A stretch of 56,470 nucleotides of DNA, the filler included, from Basidioascus undulatus (taxonomy: Eukaryota): the NCBI GenBank assembly GCA_000826855.1. It is 3 parts of 3 records of this genome, joined end to end, with 100 filler letters (N's around TTAATTAATTAA, not from the genome) between each part and the next. Parts side by side here need not be neighbours in the genome. Positions count along the whole stretch, not along the records: positions 1 to 15,508 come from JTLS01000642.1; positions 15,609 to 40,872 come from JTLS01000643.1; 1 more part is not named here. One strand, written 5' to 3'. A model generated the notes under the pieces. It made no database searches, had not been told where the DNA came from, and saw nothing but the letters and a program-made list of their open reading frames with translations. Shown piece by piece: positions 12,775-24,290 of this stretch. A program made the translations under genes and the position numbers. Each line of letters begins with the position of its first letter. Within the stretch, counting starts at the first letter, position 1.

Positions 12775-15508
12775 GCATCGCGTGGAGGCCTGTCCTGACC
12801 GTGCAAGTTGGCAAATTGTACGAGATGCAAGTTTCCAAGTTGACAAGGGCTGCCACCTGTACGGCGCGTTCAATGCACAGTGTGCATTGTACTTCGGTGG
12901 AAGCACGCGTCCAGGACGCGACATGGTGACTTCGCTATTGATAATGGGGCTAATAAATCCGAGCACGCCATCAGGCTTCAGGCGCGTTGTGCACAACCCA
13001 ACTTGAACCGACTGCGCTCGCTTTGACGCGTACTTCTGTGCTAGCAGATTTGACAAGGCTGAGAGAGAACGCACGCATAATGCCAGTAGAGCGGAGAATT
13101 CGAACCTTGGTAGCACAGGGGTCCACTCCTCAGTGTGCTGGAATGGTCAAATTTCAGCTTTTGAGCAGTGCGCACTGGCCGTGTTGCCCGATAAAGATCC
13201 TTACTGAAATTTTCGGACGGCCAATGGGGCATGAGATGGAATGGATCAAGTCGTTGTATACAAACTTCCCTAGTTACATCGCTGGGAGTCCCAAGAGTCG
13301 AAATGCAGGACGACGCTGGCCAGCTAGGACATAACGCAGAGCGCAACCGACGTGCATCTCTACAAAAGAAAGAAAAAAAAACAAATCTGTTTCTACAACG
13401 GTCACTGTAAAGACTGTAAATGCGGGAAAGTCTGTCAGGTGGTGAGACTGCTTTTGCTAAACAACGCCGACGGACTCGAACGCAGAAACGTGCCGCTTAG
13501 AAAATGAAGGGTGGAGCGAAGCGGATGATGGCTGTGAGGGATATCAGAAACACAGCATGCAATATGGATATGGCCAGATGGACCTCGTCGGAGGTGGTAG
13601 GTGGTCGTCCTTTGTCAGTATGAACTTGAGTGCAGTATGTGGCCGGTGTCGGTGGACAGCAGGCAGCAAGCAGCTTGGGAAACAACCTCCGGACAGCTTT
13701 ATGCAAGCAGCCAAAGGAGAGTATAAGCCTCCATAAAGGTTTCCAAACAAGGGGAAGTTGAAAGGGTCTTTCCTGCCAAGCAGACATTCCGGATAGAGGG
13801 CAGGGAGCGCCAAGCTGGGCTGTCGTAGTCGTAGTGGCATGTTCCCGACTCAAGGTGCCTGAAGTGAAGAAAATAAAAAAAGGGGGGGGGGGTTCTTACT
13901 ATAACAGGTATCTGAGGTTGCTGCAGTGCTTGAAGCATGTGCGCTTGCGATGCCGCTGTCTGAACTCAAGGAGCTGCTGCAAACTGCCCAGTTGTTCAGC
14001 TTGCATACAAGTGATCATTTGCCATATTGATTACAATGGGTCTATTATCCCAGGATTAATCCATTGATGTAGGAATCAGAGAGGATGTTGCGATAGTGGA
14101 TCGCTGCGCTTGGCGTGAGGACGCGGAAGGTGGGAGGCCTCGATAGCGTACGCAAGTCAAGGTCAGTCGGAAGCTACATCTGCACTTCGGTATGTGTGGT
14201 AATTGTAATCTCAGAATATTTACTGCACTTCTAGTTGAGTGTCGTGGATGCGATAACGTCAATAAACGTCATGCACATTTTAGCTTGAGCGGGTTCCCGA
14301 ATGGTTTGGATTGATCTATACAGGGAAAAAGGCAAGATCGCTTTGTAGGTGTGCTATTGTGGGTCAGTCTACAGAATTTATAATGCTGAAGGCGTTGCCC
14401 GGTAGAGGCAGTGGCGGGGTTTCTGGCCTCTCCCATTGCTTGCGCCAACAAGGGGTACGGATGTCTCTCTTAATAATATGTAGGCTTCAATTTCATCGCT
14501 TGAAATATCAATAGCGCAGCCAGTTCACACTGGATCGCGATTCAGGACAATGGTGAAATCTTGCTCTCTGTCATGGAGTGCGCACAGCTACCCAGTGGTC
14601 GGTACATGGAAGGTGTACTTCTTACAGATTTCAAAGCAACATTCATCCATATACGCTTATGAAGAGTGTTCTTTTGCTGGCACGGAAGGATGTTTCGCGA
14701 ATACCTGCTATCAAGCGCAGCGGAGTTAACGCTGATGCTCGCTGTCATCAAGGTACCTCGTAGTTCACTTCCTTCTAACTTTGGAGAAAAGCACATCTCA
14801 GGATGCTGCTGTGTTGTAGCAACAAGTGGCACGAGAGGAAAGAACTTCGAGAAAGATCGGTGTGCGCTGTGGGCACGCTGTTCCTGACACGCCGCGGTTG
14901 CCGTCACAAGCCGCAGGAGCGAGACGCGGACGCATTCCTGAAGCACCCACTGGCACTCCCATAACGCGGGTGTTCGTGTGCGCAGGGACGCACTCGCAAG
15001 CCGCAAACAAAAGCAGCGAACGCCAAACGACAGGACTACGACTGCAAACAACAATATTGGGGCATATTGGCCGTCCCCCGCCGCGTCGGTAGTCAAAATC
15101 GGTCCAACTCAAAACCCGGACCGGCATGCGCCCCAGCGAGTCCTGAAAGCGAGCAGAAAGAAGGAAGGGAAGATAAGGTGATTTCTGACACGCTTGCAAT
15201 GCAAAGTCACCAGTTTCTTCAGTTTATTGATTCGGACGGTCAATGTGCAGCTTTCCCCGTTGCTGTCAACCTTTGGGACGCTGGCTTTGAAAGGGAACAA
15301 GGGCGAAGGAGGCGGGCAACTTGGGCGTTGAAACTTGATTGGCGCAAGTCCGTGTCTAGGCGTTACGGTTGGCGATTCCAGCAGGGAGCCTGTGCGTGCT
15401 GTGCGCCGCTCGCCCTCTTGCGCCCGTCTCGAATCACCCACACACCCCGCACGCTCACGGTAAGCGACTGCCTGCCCGCCCGCCGCTGCGCCCGCCCCCG
15501 CCGCCCCC

Positions 15509-15608
15509 NNNNNNNNNNNNNNNNNNNNNNNNNNNNNNNNNNNNNNNNNNNNTTAATTAATTAANNNNNNNNNNNNNNNNNNNNNNNNNNNNNNNNNNNN
15601 NNNNNNNN
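15509..15608. other. Assembly gap with artificial six-frame stop linker
   Basis: 44 N + TTAATTAATTAA + 44 N = 100 bp; an identical construct sits at 40873-40972. Confidence 0.97.
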
Positions 15609-17025
15609 GAGGAGGCGGCGGCGGAGCGGCGGACGTAGGCCGGGTCGAGGGGCGAGGCGAAGGCGACTTGTGTTGGGAGATGAAGGTGAGTACGAAAATG
15701 CAAGAGATAATTTGTACGCAGAGACGTACCGAAGTTCGGCGTGAGCCAGTTCCAGTCGCCGTTCTCCACCTGCAGTGGAAACGCAGTCAGTCGCCAACCG
15801 CAAGACCGTCGCTTGCATTGCCGCACTTTTTCGTAGTACTCATACTCCTCCTGCACAACATACGAAACGGCACTGCATCAGTGCTGGTTTGTAATATGTA
15901 GCATCGAAACCAGACTGACCAAGTCAAACTTCTCCATGCGCAGCAAGCCGAGCTTGATCGCCTTGTGCATCCCCCACAGGCAGTCCTGTAAGTCCCCGCG
16001 GTCAGTCATCAAGACACGCTGCGCTCCAAACAAGTTCGTAGATAGCAGGAACTGTGAGACGCACCGAGATTGACAGGCAGAAATCAGAGCGGCCGCGGCC
16101 GGCGTCGCGGAAGGGCACGAACTCCATCTGCAATGCCCCGCAATGTCAGAAAATTGCTCTGAGAACGTGGGTAGCAAGCGAGAGCAGACAGACCTCAGCA
16201 ATGGGGTAGAATGCGTCGGAGGGCGAGCGGCGCATAACGATGAGCTGCCAGCCGAGGGGGCGGAACTGTCAGCGTTTGGAAAGAACGCAGGGAAGGGAGA
16301 GAGCGGGAGACGGACAGTGTACAAAGCCATGAGCAGCGCGGCGTTCGCCTTCGCATGAGGGTCGTCAGACGAGTAGAGCACGAGCTTGCAGGATGCGAGA
16401 TGGGGGTCTTTAAGCAGATCGTGGAGGAGGACGCAGAAGCTGTTCGCCCGTTCGCCGCACAGCCACAGCTGCCCACTCAGTATCTATGCACTGTACACCC
16501 CAGAGCTGGAGAACATTGGACGCACCGGTAGAGATGCGCACAGTTGAGGGGCCCAAAGTCGGAGAAGAACGAGAGGTAGACGAGATCGTTGTCGATCGTG
16601 AAGAAGTAGTACTGGTCCGCCGCGCCCGCCTTGGCGCCCGGGAGGGGGCTCCCGCCGTCTTCGAGAGGGGCGACCGGGCATGACGAGCCGTTGAGCTCGG
16701 AGGGGTGTGGCGCCGGGTAGGGGAAGGTGGTGAAGAGGAGCCTGGGCGAGGGAAAGGGTGGCGGATAGAAGTAAGTATCCATGTCCACTGGGTTTCCTAT
16801 GAGGAACAGGAGCAGCAGGATATGAAGCCAGGTTGTGCCCAACCCACTTCCAATGACTACCAGCGCAGTTCAAGCAGGTCCGGCCCAGTACGTTCCCATC
16901 CGCCGCCGAGACGTCCATCACTCCCTCCCGCCAGGCCTCAATCCAAACAAGCAAGCGAGCTCGACTGACCGCTTGTCGAACTTGGCGACTCCGCCCGGGG
17001 TGAACCTGTACTTGGGCACGGCCAT
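15609..17025 (-). CDS. CDC14: Cdc14 dual-specificity phosphatase, N-terminal part (3' part lost in the gap)
   Basis: MAVPKYRF start at 17025; YYFFTIDNDLVYLSFFSDFGPLNCAHLYR, LVLYSSDDPHAKANAALLMALY, FVPFRDAG, DCLWGMHKA, EEYEYYEKVENGDWNWLTPNF-VAFASP. The catalytic HCKAGLGRTG motif does not appear before the gap. Confidence 0.92.
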
Positions 17026-19269
17026 GGCGATGGATGCGCGCGCCGATGATGTGGGCTGGGACGGTGTTGGGCGATGATGGGGAGTCGGATGTCCGGAGTC
17101 GAGGAGAGTCGTAGCGAGGTCGTGCGGGGGTAGATGTTGGATGGTGAGTGGGTGCGAGCGGTAGGTCGTCAGAGTCGTTTGGATCGTAGCGGAATCCGGG
17201 TCTCGGATGAAAGCAGCGTGAAGGAGATGATGTTAAAGCGCAGCGCCGGAGGCAGACGGCTAGGCGAGTCGCTAGGAGAGGCTACAGGCTACAGCCGCCG
17301 TTCGAACGCCAGGCCCGAGTACAGCAGCCGCGACGTTGATATACGTCCAGTCGAGTCGGTGTATGCGCCGGCGGTGTCGGTGGATAGGCGAGCGAGAGAT
17401 CTGGACTGCTGTCTTTGTCTCTCGCCGACGCTGGTGGTGCGAGGACAAGGCGCGGAAGGGGCGGGATGAACGAGGGGCACCTGGCTCACGGTGAGGGCGG
17501 CGGCGAGGGCGGCAGGGAGGCGGCAGGTGGACAAGGCCAAACACGCCAAACACACGCGCTTCCTCCCTTCGCTCGCCGATTCTCTCGACTTGCTATCCTA
17601 TTTTTTGGTGTGTCTACTGCATCAGCTCGAGTATAATTTATCTCAAGATCATTCTGGAGTGGCCCAATGATGGTGGAGATGAGTGTATCTCTCCCTGCGG
17701 TGCGAATTCCCCGCGGAGCGAAGATGTCAAGGTTCGCGAAAGTCACAGGCAGCTGCATCCGCTTGCGCGGGTTTGCCACGAGCAGACGCACAAAGGGGGG
17801 CGTTGCACTTGGCTACACATTGCGCAGACATGTCTTTTAGTACTCTCAAAGACTCTGTGGTGGTATGCAAGTGCAGTATGGGATCGTCAGAAAGAATAGC
17901 GGGACTGGGGCATGGAGCGTTGGGCATTCAGACAATCAGCAAAGAGCCTGGTGTCCTCGGCAGAAAGCAGTGCGAGGCCCGCTTGCTCGAGACCGAGAGC
18001 GTAGCTCACTATCTGTTTCGGTCACATAAGTTTCAGCGTATGGAAAGGGTTCGATATGCTAGAGCCTCTGAGTGAAGATAAGCAGAATCTCGGAGGATGT
18101 TTCACATGTGTTGGCCTGATGAACATACGAACATGGCTACCAGGGCGTCACGACAGTTTTTCCGGCTGCATACAATAGTCTACAGACTTTATACGCTTAA
18201 TAAGGCAATGAGGGGGACACTGAGTATCTGCCCAGTGTAGAGTTTCTGTATAGGACTTGTCATCCGCCATCATGCGATGAACTGCAAGCTGCGTGCGAGC
18301 GTGGCACTGATTACATTGGAGCAGACCATTGCACAGCTTTGAACACACATCCGACACAGATTTTGCACGTTATGGGGCAAGCTGGAGTCAAAGTACACCG
18401 TAAGCGGCAACCGTTTCGACGTCCTGCAGCTTTGTGTTTTCTTCCCGTTAGACGCAATGCGCTGCGATGCCTTGAAGTTGCACTCTGTGCGAAAATCTGT
18501 ATACTCAACATTTAACCGCCCTATTCAAAACAAACAAGAGGCTCCTCTACAAACAAACGCGAAACCGTCTTCCTCAACTGGCCATATGTGTATGCTGTGA
18601 AAGCTGACATCGTTGCGGCATCCTCCTGCTGCTCTGCACGAGCACTGTCTCTCCAAAATTCCCAAGATGGACAAATAGATGAGCTAAAGGTTAGGCCCAT
18701 AGTGCCTCCAGAAGACGCACCGCACCTGGATGCACGTTCGATGCAGTGGCGCTGCCCAAAGGTGCGGAGGAAGCAGTTTGTATGCGATTCCGAGGTACGA
18801 GGTTGAGCATAGACAAGGTCTCTGCACCGCAATACTTATTTCGTACTAAAGGTGTCCAGCTCGTCCCCCTTGTGCAGTCTCCAAGCGCGACTCGAACCAG
18901 AGCCACTTCGCCTCGAACGCTTCCTGACTAACACGTCCGCAACGTCTCTCAGATCTTCCGCTCCTTGAGCTACCGCACTCCGCGTACCACTCAGCGCCTG
19001 CTTTGATCAAACAGGTGCGCTTCACACACACCTCAACTTGAGTTACCAACAGGGCACTAACGTAGAACGCTTCGCGCACACAGCTCCGCGTTCTTTTCGC
19101 ATCCCTCCCACTACGACCCTGTTTCCTTCTTGTCTGTCCGTTCCTCGAGTTGTACTGTTCACAAAGCCTGTAAATAGTTAGAACGACTGTTTCGGCTCTC
19201 TGATAGATAGTCTTGGGCCCTGCGCGTTTGCGCCACGGCCTCTACGACGCTACATGTGTGCAGAGGTCC

Positions 19270-20060
19270 GGAGAGCGGTAAGGATCATCCGGCGAACCCG
19301 GTGATCCAGCACAGAACACTGGGCGCGCTGCCTTAAGAGTGTCTTCGGCCACTAAGATCTTCCTGCAGGGGGATAACGTTAGTATGTATGAGCATCACAG
19401 GAAGCGCTGGAGGTGGGAACCTTCGCTGCCCCGATGTAAACGACTCCAGCTGGACTTTGGACCTATTGCATCATGTCAATTTCAACAAGATGGTCGGAAT
19501 CCCTAGAACAAGGCTAATCTGAAGGGATTCAAGTGCGTTCATGGACGTACAATCCAGCTTTTGAGAGGTCTCCATGTTTCACCTCGACATCCTCGCACTC
19601 GTGCAGCCCGTGGTTCTTATTGTCCTGTTTGACCCTTTATTTGAGGAACGTGAAGTGTTAGTTAGAACTCTTGAAGCTTTTTCGGTAGGTGCAAATGCCC
19701 ACCTCGCGAAGAACACCCCCCTTGACCCCCGAACTGTTGGGCACCTCGAGCGCCTGTTCCGAGACATCTTGAATCTAGGTAAGAAAGCTGCCAACAAGAG
19801 CCCAGCCGCTCAGATTTAGTTATTCAGGAAGATGCACTGGTTTAATTTCGTGATTTCCAGGTGGGAGCTCACACACCGGGAGCGCACCGTCGTGGTTCTT
19901 CTTTGCAAGGTCTACAGTCAGCGGAGGAACAGCCAGCATACATCACTCTGCAAACTCACCATACTTGATCCAGGCTTTGCAAGGGTCTGTGGGGCGAATG
20001 TGGGGCGCTTCATGGAAGAGCAGCAAGAAGATGAGAGCGACAAGCACAAGGCGATATCAC
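19270..20060 (-). pseudogene. Degenerate spliced gene remnant, unknown family
   Basis: A series of short GT-AG-bounded segments (LVLVALIFLLLFHEAPHIRPTDPCKAWIKY; IQDVSEQALEVPNSSGVKGGVLRE; DSDHLVEIDMMQ*VQS) with an internal stop and no clear start. Confidence 0.25.
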
Positions 20061-23000
20061 GGCCTCACGAGCTTGCGTCATGTCCGACGCTGCGGCCGTC
20101 TGTACCTTCCGATAAGCGCACCTCCCTGCGACAGGGCACCAGAATATTGAAGAATGCGGTTGAACTGCATGCTAAATTACAGCACATAGGGTGTTTGTGA
20201 TGCGGAGGTGCGGAGGTGCGACAACTCGGAGGGGTAGCACGGCAGCAGAGGGTGCACTGCATACATATCGACGGTACCGTTAACCTGATAGTTTTGCCCT
20301 CAATTATCCTGGATACCACCAAAATTTCCACATTGGCCATCATGCTTCCCGACTGCAGACTTGGATTAGGAGACTGTGTCCGGACATGGATGGCTTCGGA
20401 CGTTTTCAACGCCGCGCTGCCTTGTACAATCGCCGCAAGTTTGCCCAGGGACTTCCACATGCAGATAGGCATAATAATCCCACGCATGCGTGCGTGAGTA
20501 ATCTCACCCCCATCTAACATCTGAAAATCTGGGGAAAGAAGTAAGACCATACTTCCTTGAAAGTATGTGCGAATCGTTCGCGGGTCTGAGGTGCACAATA
20601 CGTTGTAACTTCCAAATCAATACCATGGGCATGCTCAAATGTTTCGGGACGATGAGAAGGACATGCGTAATCAAGAAAATGTGACTGGTAGTAGTGTCTC
20701 TGCCGGTGTCAAGAGTCCATTTGAGCGAAAGAATAAAGGATATGAAGCTGCGAGTGCGAACTACTGCGATGCGAGGACGAGAGTGGTGGCTGCGAGTGCG
20801 AGTGTAAACAGTACAAAGCGATAGGACAACATAGTTCCGATTCCCTTGGAATTGGCTTATGGTGGGGCGCCAGTGCCCCAATCTCTGTCCGCTGGTTAAG
20901 GCAAACCATAGAAATTTGCTTTTGAGTTCAGAAACCGAAATACTTTTCCCGCCCTTTTACAATGCGGGTGTTAGCCAGAACCATCCAAGTCTTTCGGACT
21001 TGCGGTGATCGACCGTCATTCCCGCAGCCTTCCCGAGAAGATGCGCTCGTGTCGCGCAGTTTCGCTCCCTGCAACCTCCTTCGTCAATCTTCAACCCGTG
21101 AATAAGTCTCCTTTATCACACTGCAGCACGACCATTTGTCCCGTTTCCCTTGTCATTCCCCTCCGTAGCAAACCCATACCCATGTTACGCCCGATGCTGG
21201 CCCGACAATCGTTAGCGAGAACCCGTTCTCATCTCTCAACTCGTTACTCAGTAGACTCAGTGCAATCCTGATCAATTCCCTACAGAACTGTCACAATGTG
21301 CTCGATGCAAGTGCTCGCTTGAGTGGGAGCGGCTTGAGGAGCTCGTACTACAAGGCGATCCAAAAGATGCAGCATGGCACGTGGCAACTCTGGGCTTACA
21401 GTGCTGGGCGGGCTGTATAGGGCTCGATATTAAGAACTTATATATAGAATTAGGTACCCATCGTCATTCGTGACTGGGCCGGGAGAGCCACGCTCGAAGG
21501 GAGAAGTTGGAACGCGCCTCCTGTAGACTCTTGACCGCATGCAATCTCGTTTATTTCTGTTTGACTTCCTGGGCCCCACTCCTCCTCCCGGTCTGGCGGC
21601 CTGACTGCCCATCTATTCTCGATATGGGAGAAGGAGCTAGCCAACTCTCCTCTTCCTCAAGCCCCTTCCCTTGTCCAGCCGTACAAGGTGTCGTTTCCAT
21701 CCTCGCCCCTCGCCACTGCCAATCTGTTGTACCATCAACTGGAACCTGAAGTCATGGTGACTACCATCGGCTCAACCCACTGCTCTGCCATCGCTCATGA
21801 ATCTTGGGCTTGGGCACTGTATGCTCTTCGAGCCCCTACTCCACATGGTGAGCCGCGACCACTCAGAGCCTGGGCTGACCTGTGCATGCACACCCTGGGC
21901 CCAATTGCGTTACGGCCTGGGGCAAAGACTACATTGACAAGGCTATGAATGAATGAAACATCACTTTATCAGAAGCTATTGATATAGTGTGCAACAGGTC
22001 ACTGTACACGGATTGCGAGGTTCCCTTCAGTCGCAGGTGGGGTCTCTGACCTGCAATTGCGGTTAGCAATTGATTGAAGCTGATGGTCATATGAATAAAA
22101 ATTGGAGATTATCCTACACTAAACCACACAACATCCAAAATCTGCGTCCCATCTGCGACATGTTCAAGGTCCACCATTGCCAGCTGTGAACAATCCGCGG
22201 CATGCTCCATGGACTTTTAGTGCCATGGTACTTCTACTGCTTTTATGATTCAGCATGGTCCTTACCTACCCATAAAATTGGGATATCAACTCGAGAGCGA
22301 CACGCCCGTCCACCAATACACGACCGGGCAGACCCGGGCAGGCCGTCCCGTCAAGCTTGATTTCCTGGCATAGCACCCGGGATAGTAAGATTTTATAGTG
22401 CCTTGGCCACTGTTTCGGACCCTTTCCTTCTCCAGCGCTAATGTAAGACATGAATGAGCGGCTGATCTAGGTTCGTCAAGCACCAAGGCTTGTAGGTGTC
22501 GGTTATCGACCTGAAGACAAACTCCACCCTGGCTATTCTAAAATCCTGGGATATGGGTAAGTCCTTCTTTAACAAGCTGCTTTAGTCTCTTAGTTGCTGA
22601 CCCCTTCTTCCCAAACACTACGTCAGTACACCCCGTCCCTCCCTCCCCCCGCTTTCTCCTCGCAATGCCGATCGCATTCCCATCACCTACATCCGGGGAC
22701 CCCGCCTCCTACTGCGAATTCCGGCATCTCTTGAAGCCCTCCTGGACTCAGAACAACGGGTGGCTGAATGCGAACTACCTGGGCATAGAGTCTGCAGTCC
22801 CTTCACCGGCCCAAACTCATGCCGCTCAACAACCGCCCGTTCAGCTCCAACTGTCCCATTCAAATGATTATTCTGATACAAACCTCCCTGAGGTGGGAAC
22901 TGTTCTCTGATGAGCTTGTTGCTTGTGCAGCGGTTCTGGACCGGCTGGACGGGCACGGACAGGCAGTGGTACTCGAATTTGAGCATATTTGTTCAGCATG

Positions 23001-23429
23001 TTCAGCATCTCCTCCTTAGCCCTCAAGCTAATTTTCCGTAACTTCAACAGCTGTGTCGAATTTGCCTTGCCGGTGGTTCTGTTCGCCGTCGCAGCAAGCA
23101 CACAACAGCGGATCAGGAGCTATTGAGCCGTCTAGATCTTGCTGGCTTTGACTGTCCCGAACAAACTTGATGACCGTGAAATTATAATTAAAATTTCATA
23201 GAATAATGTAGTTATAGAGATATGACCTGATGCATAAGATGATTGGTGGCCTGCCTTGTTGGGAGTTGCCGTACGTGAACTGCAGTGCGTCTTTGTCTTA
23301 CCAAATGAGCGATTGCCTGAAAACAGACTTCTGATTCCACTATCTGTCAAGACCGAAGTCGCTCCTTACTTGTCTTACCCCATGGTTGCGCAGACAATGA
23401 TAAATCACCCGAGCCAGCAAACAATCCCT

Positions 23430-24290
23430 ACGACAACAACCACACGCACCCCGACCTCCCCTTCCCAGCACTCATCCTCCACACCTCTCTCTCTCTCTCT
23501 CTTGCTTCTCTCGTCCGCCTACCCGGCCTCCTTCTCCACTTACCCCCGCCCTTGCGCTTGCGCTCAATGGTGAGCCACCTGTCGCCGTTGAAGCTGGACT
23601 GGAAGCGGTTGGTTTGGACGCTGTCGGAGTACGAGCGGGGGCGGCACTGGTCCTGCCTGAGGGTCGGATGTGGGGGAACTGTTGGGAGGGGGGAGGTAAT
23701 TGAGGAGAGGGGAGAAGGGGGACGCGAAGGGTTGAACGGGGTGGGCGAGAGGGCGCACGTGAACTTCGGGTCGGCTGTGGGTGGGCCGATAAGAGAGGAT
23801 GAGAAGGGAGTGGAAAGGGGACGCAAGGAAATGCATCACCTCTGAAAAACAGGGAAGAAGAAGGTTTCAGCACGAAGTCATTCCCGGACCGATATGAGCT
23901 TGGGGTCTGGCTACGAGGCAAAACTCACTGTGCACGTATCGACACAGCACGGTGTCCTGTCGCCCGTGTACTTACCAGTGCCGTTTCCCACTCCCACACG
24001 GCCTAAAATCCATTGGCCACAAACGCACCTCCATCAACTCGGACGGTTTCCCAAGCAACTTCCCCTCCTTCAAGACCTCAAGCACTCCTCGGTGCCCCGA
24101 TCCTGGCACAGCTCGCCCATGCAGAACTCCTCGTGCACGGCACACATCAATCTGGCCGTGGTCCTGGAGGATCTGCTGTATTGGGGATCCTGGTAATTGT
24201 AGAGTGGGTTGGTTAAGCTGGGCGGGGAGCCCATTGGGGAGGGTGCAGAGGCGGAGGTGGTTCTGTTGCTGGTTGCGGTGGATGTGTAGG
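23430..24290 (-). pseudogene. Degenerate gene remnant, unknown family
   Basis: GC-rich coding-like stretches separated by pyrimidine-rich intron-like tracts (gtgagt near 23930), with in-frame stops and no recognised domain. Confidence 0.2.

Noticed and set aside
13081..13179. tRNA-like fold on the minus strand (7-bp GCCAGTG/TACTGGC stem, CTGAAA loop, GGTTCGAAT)
   Set aside because: No D-arm or A-box, the T-stem does not pair and the spacing is wrong; tRNAscan-SE would settle it.
13465..13490. B-box-like GTTCGAGTCC on the minus strand
   Set aside because: No pairing T-stem or cloverleaf context.
15109..15300. SUMO/Rad60-like peptide KVDSNGESCTLTVRINKLKKLVTLHCKR
   Set aside because: Short, lacks the downstream RFxxDG motif and a clear start; could be chance.
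15553..15564. TTAATTAATTAA palindrome (also at 40917-40928)
   Set aside because: Artificial contig linker embedded in N runs, not biological.
16742..16968. Long first CDC14 intron as a snoRNA or TPP-riboswitch host
   Set aside because: No proper C/D box pair or TPP aptamer consensus seen.
1132..17025. CDC7 and CDC14 as a cell-cycle cluster
   Set aside because: They are 12 kb apart with unrelated genes between them, and linkage crosses an assembly gap.
22295..22385. CCCGGG/CCCGT-rich tract resembling a DNA-transposon subterminal region
   Set aside because: No matching opposite end, target-site duplication or transposase found in the window.
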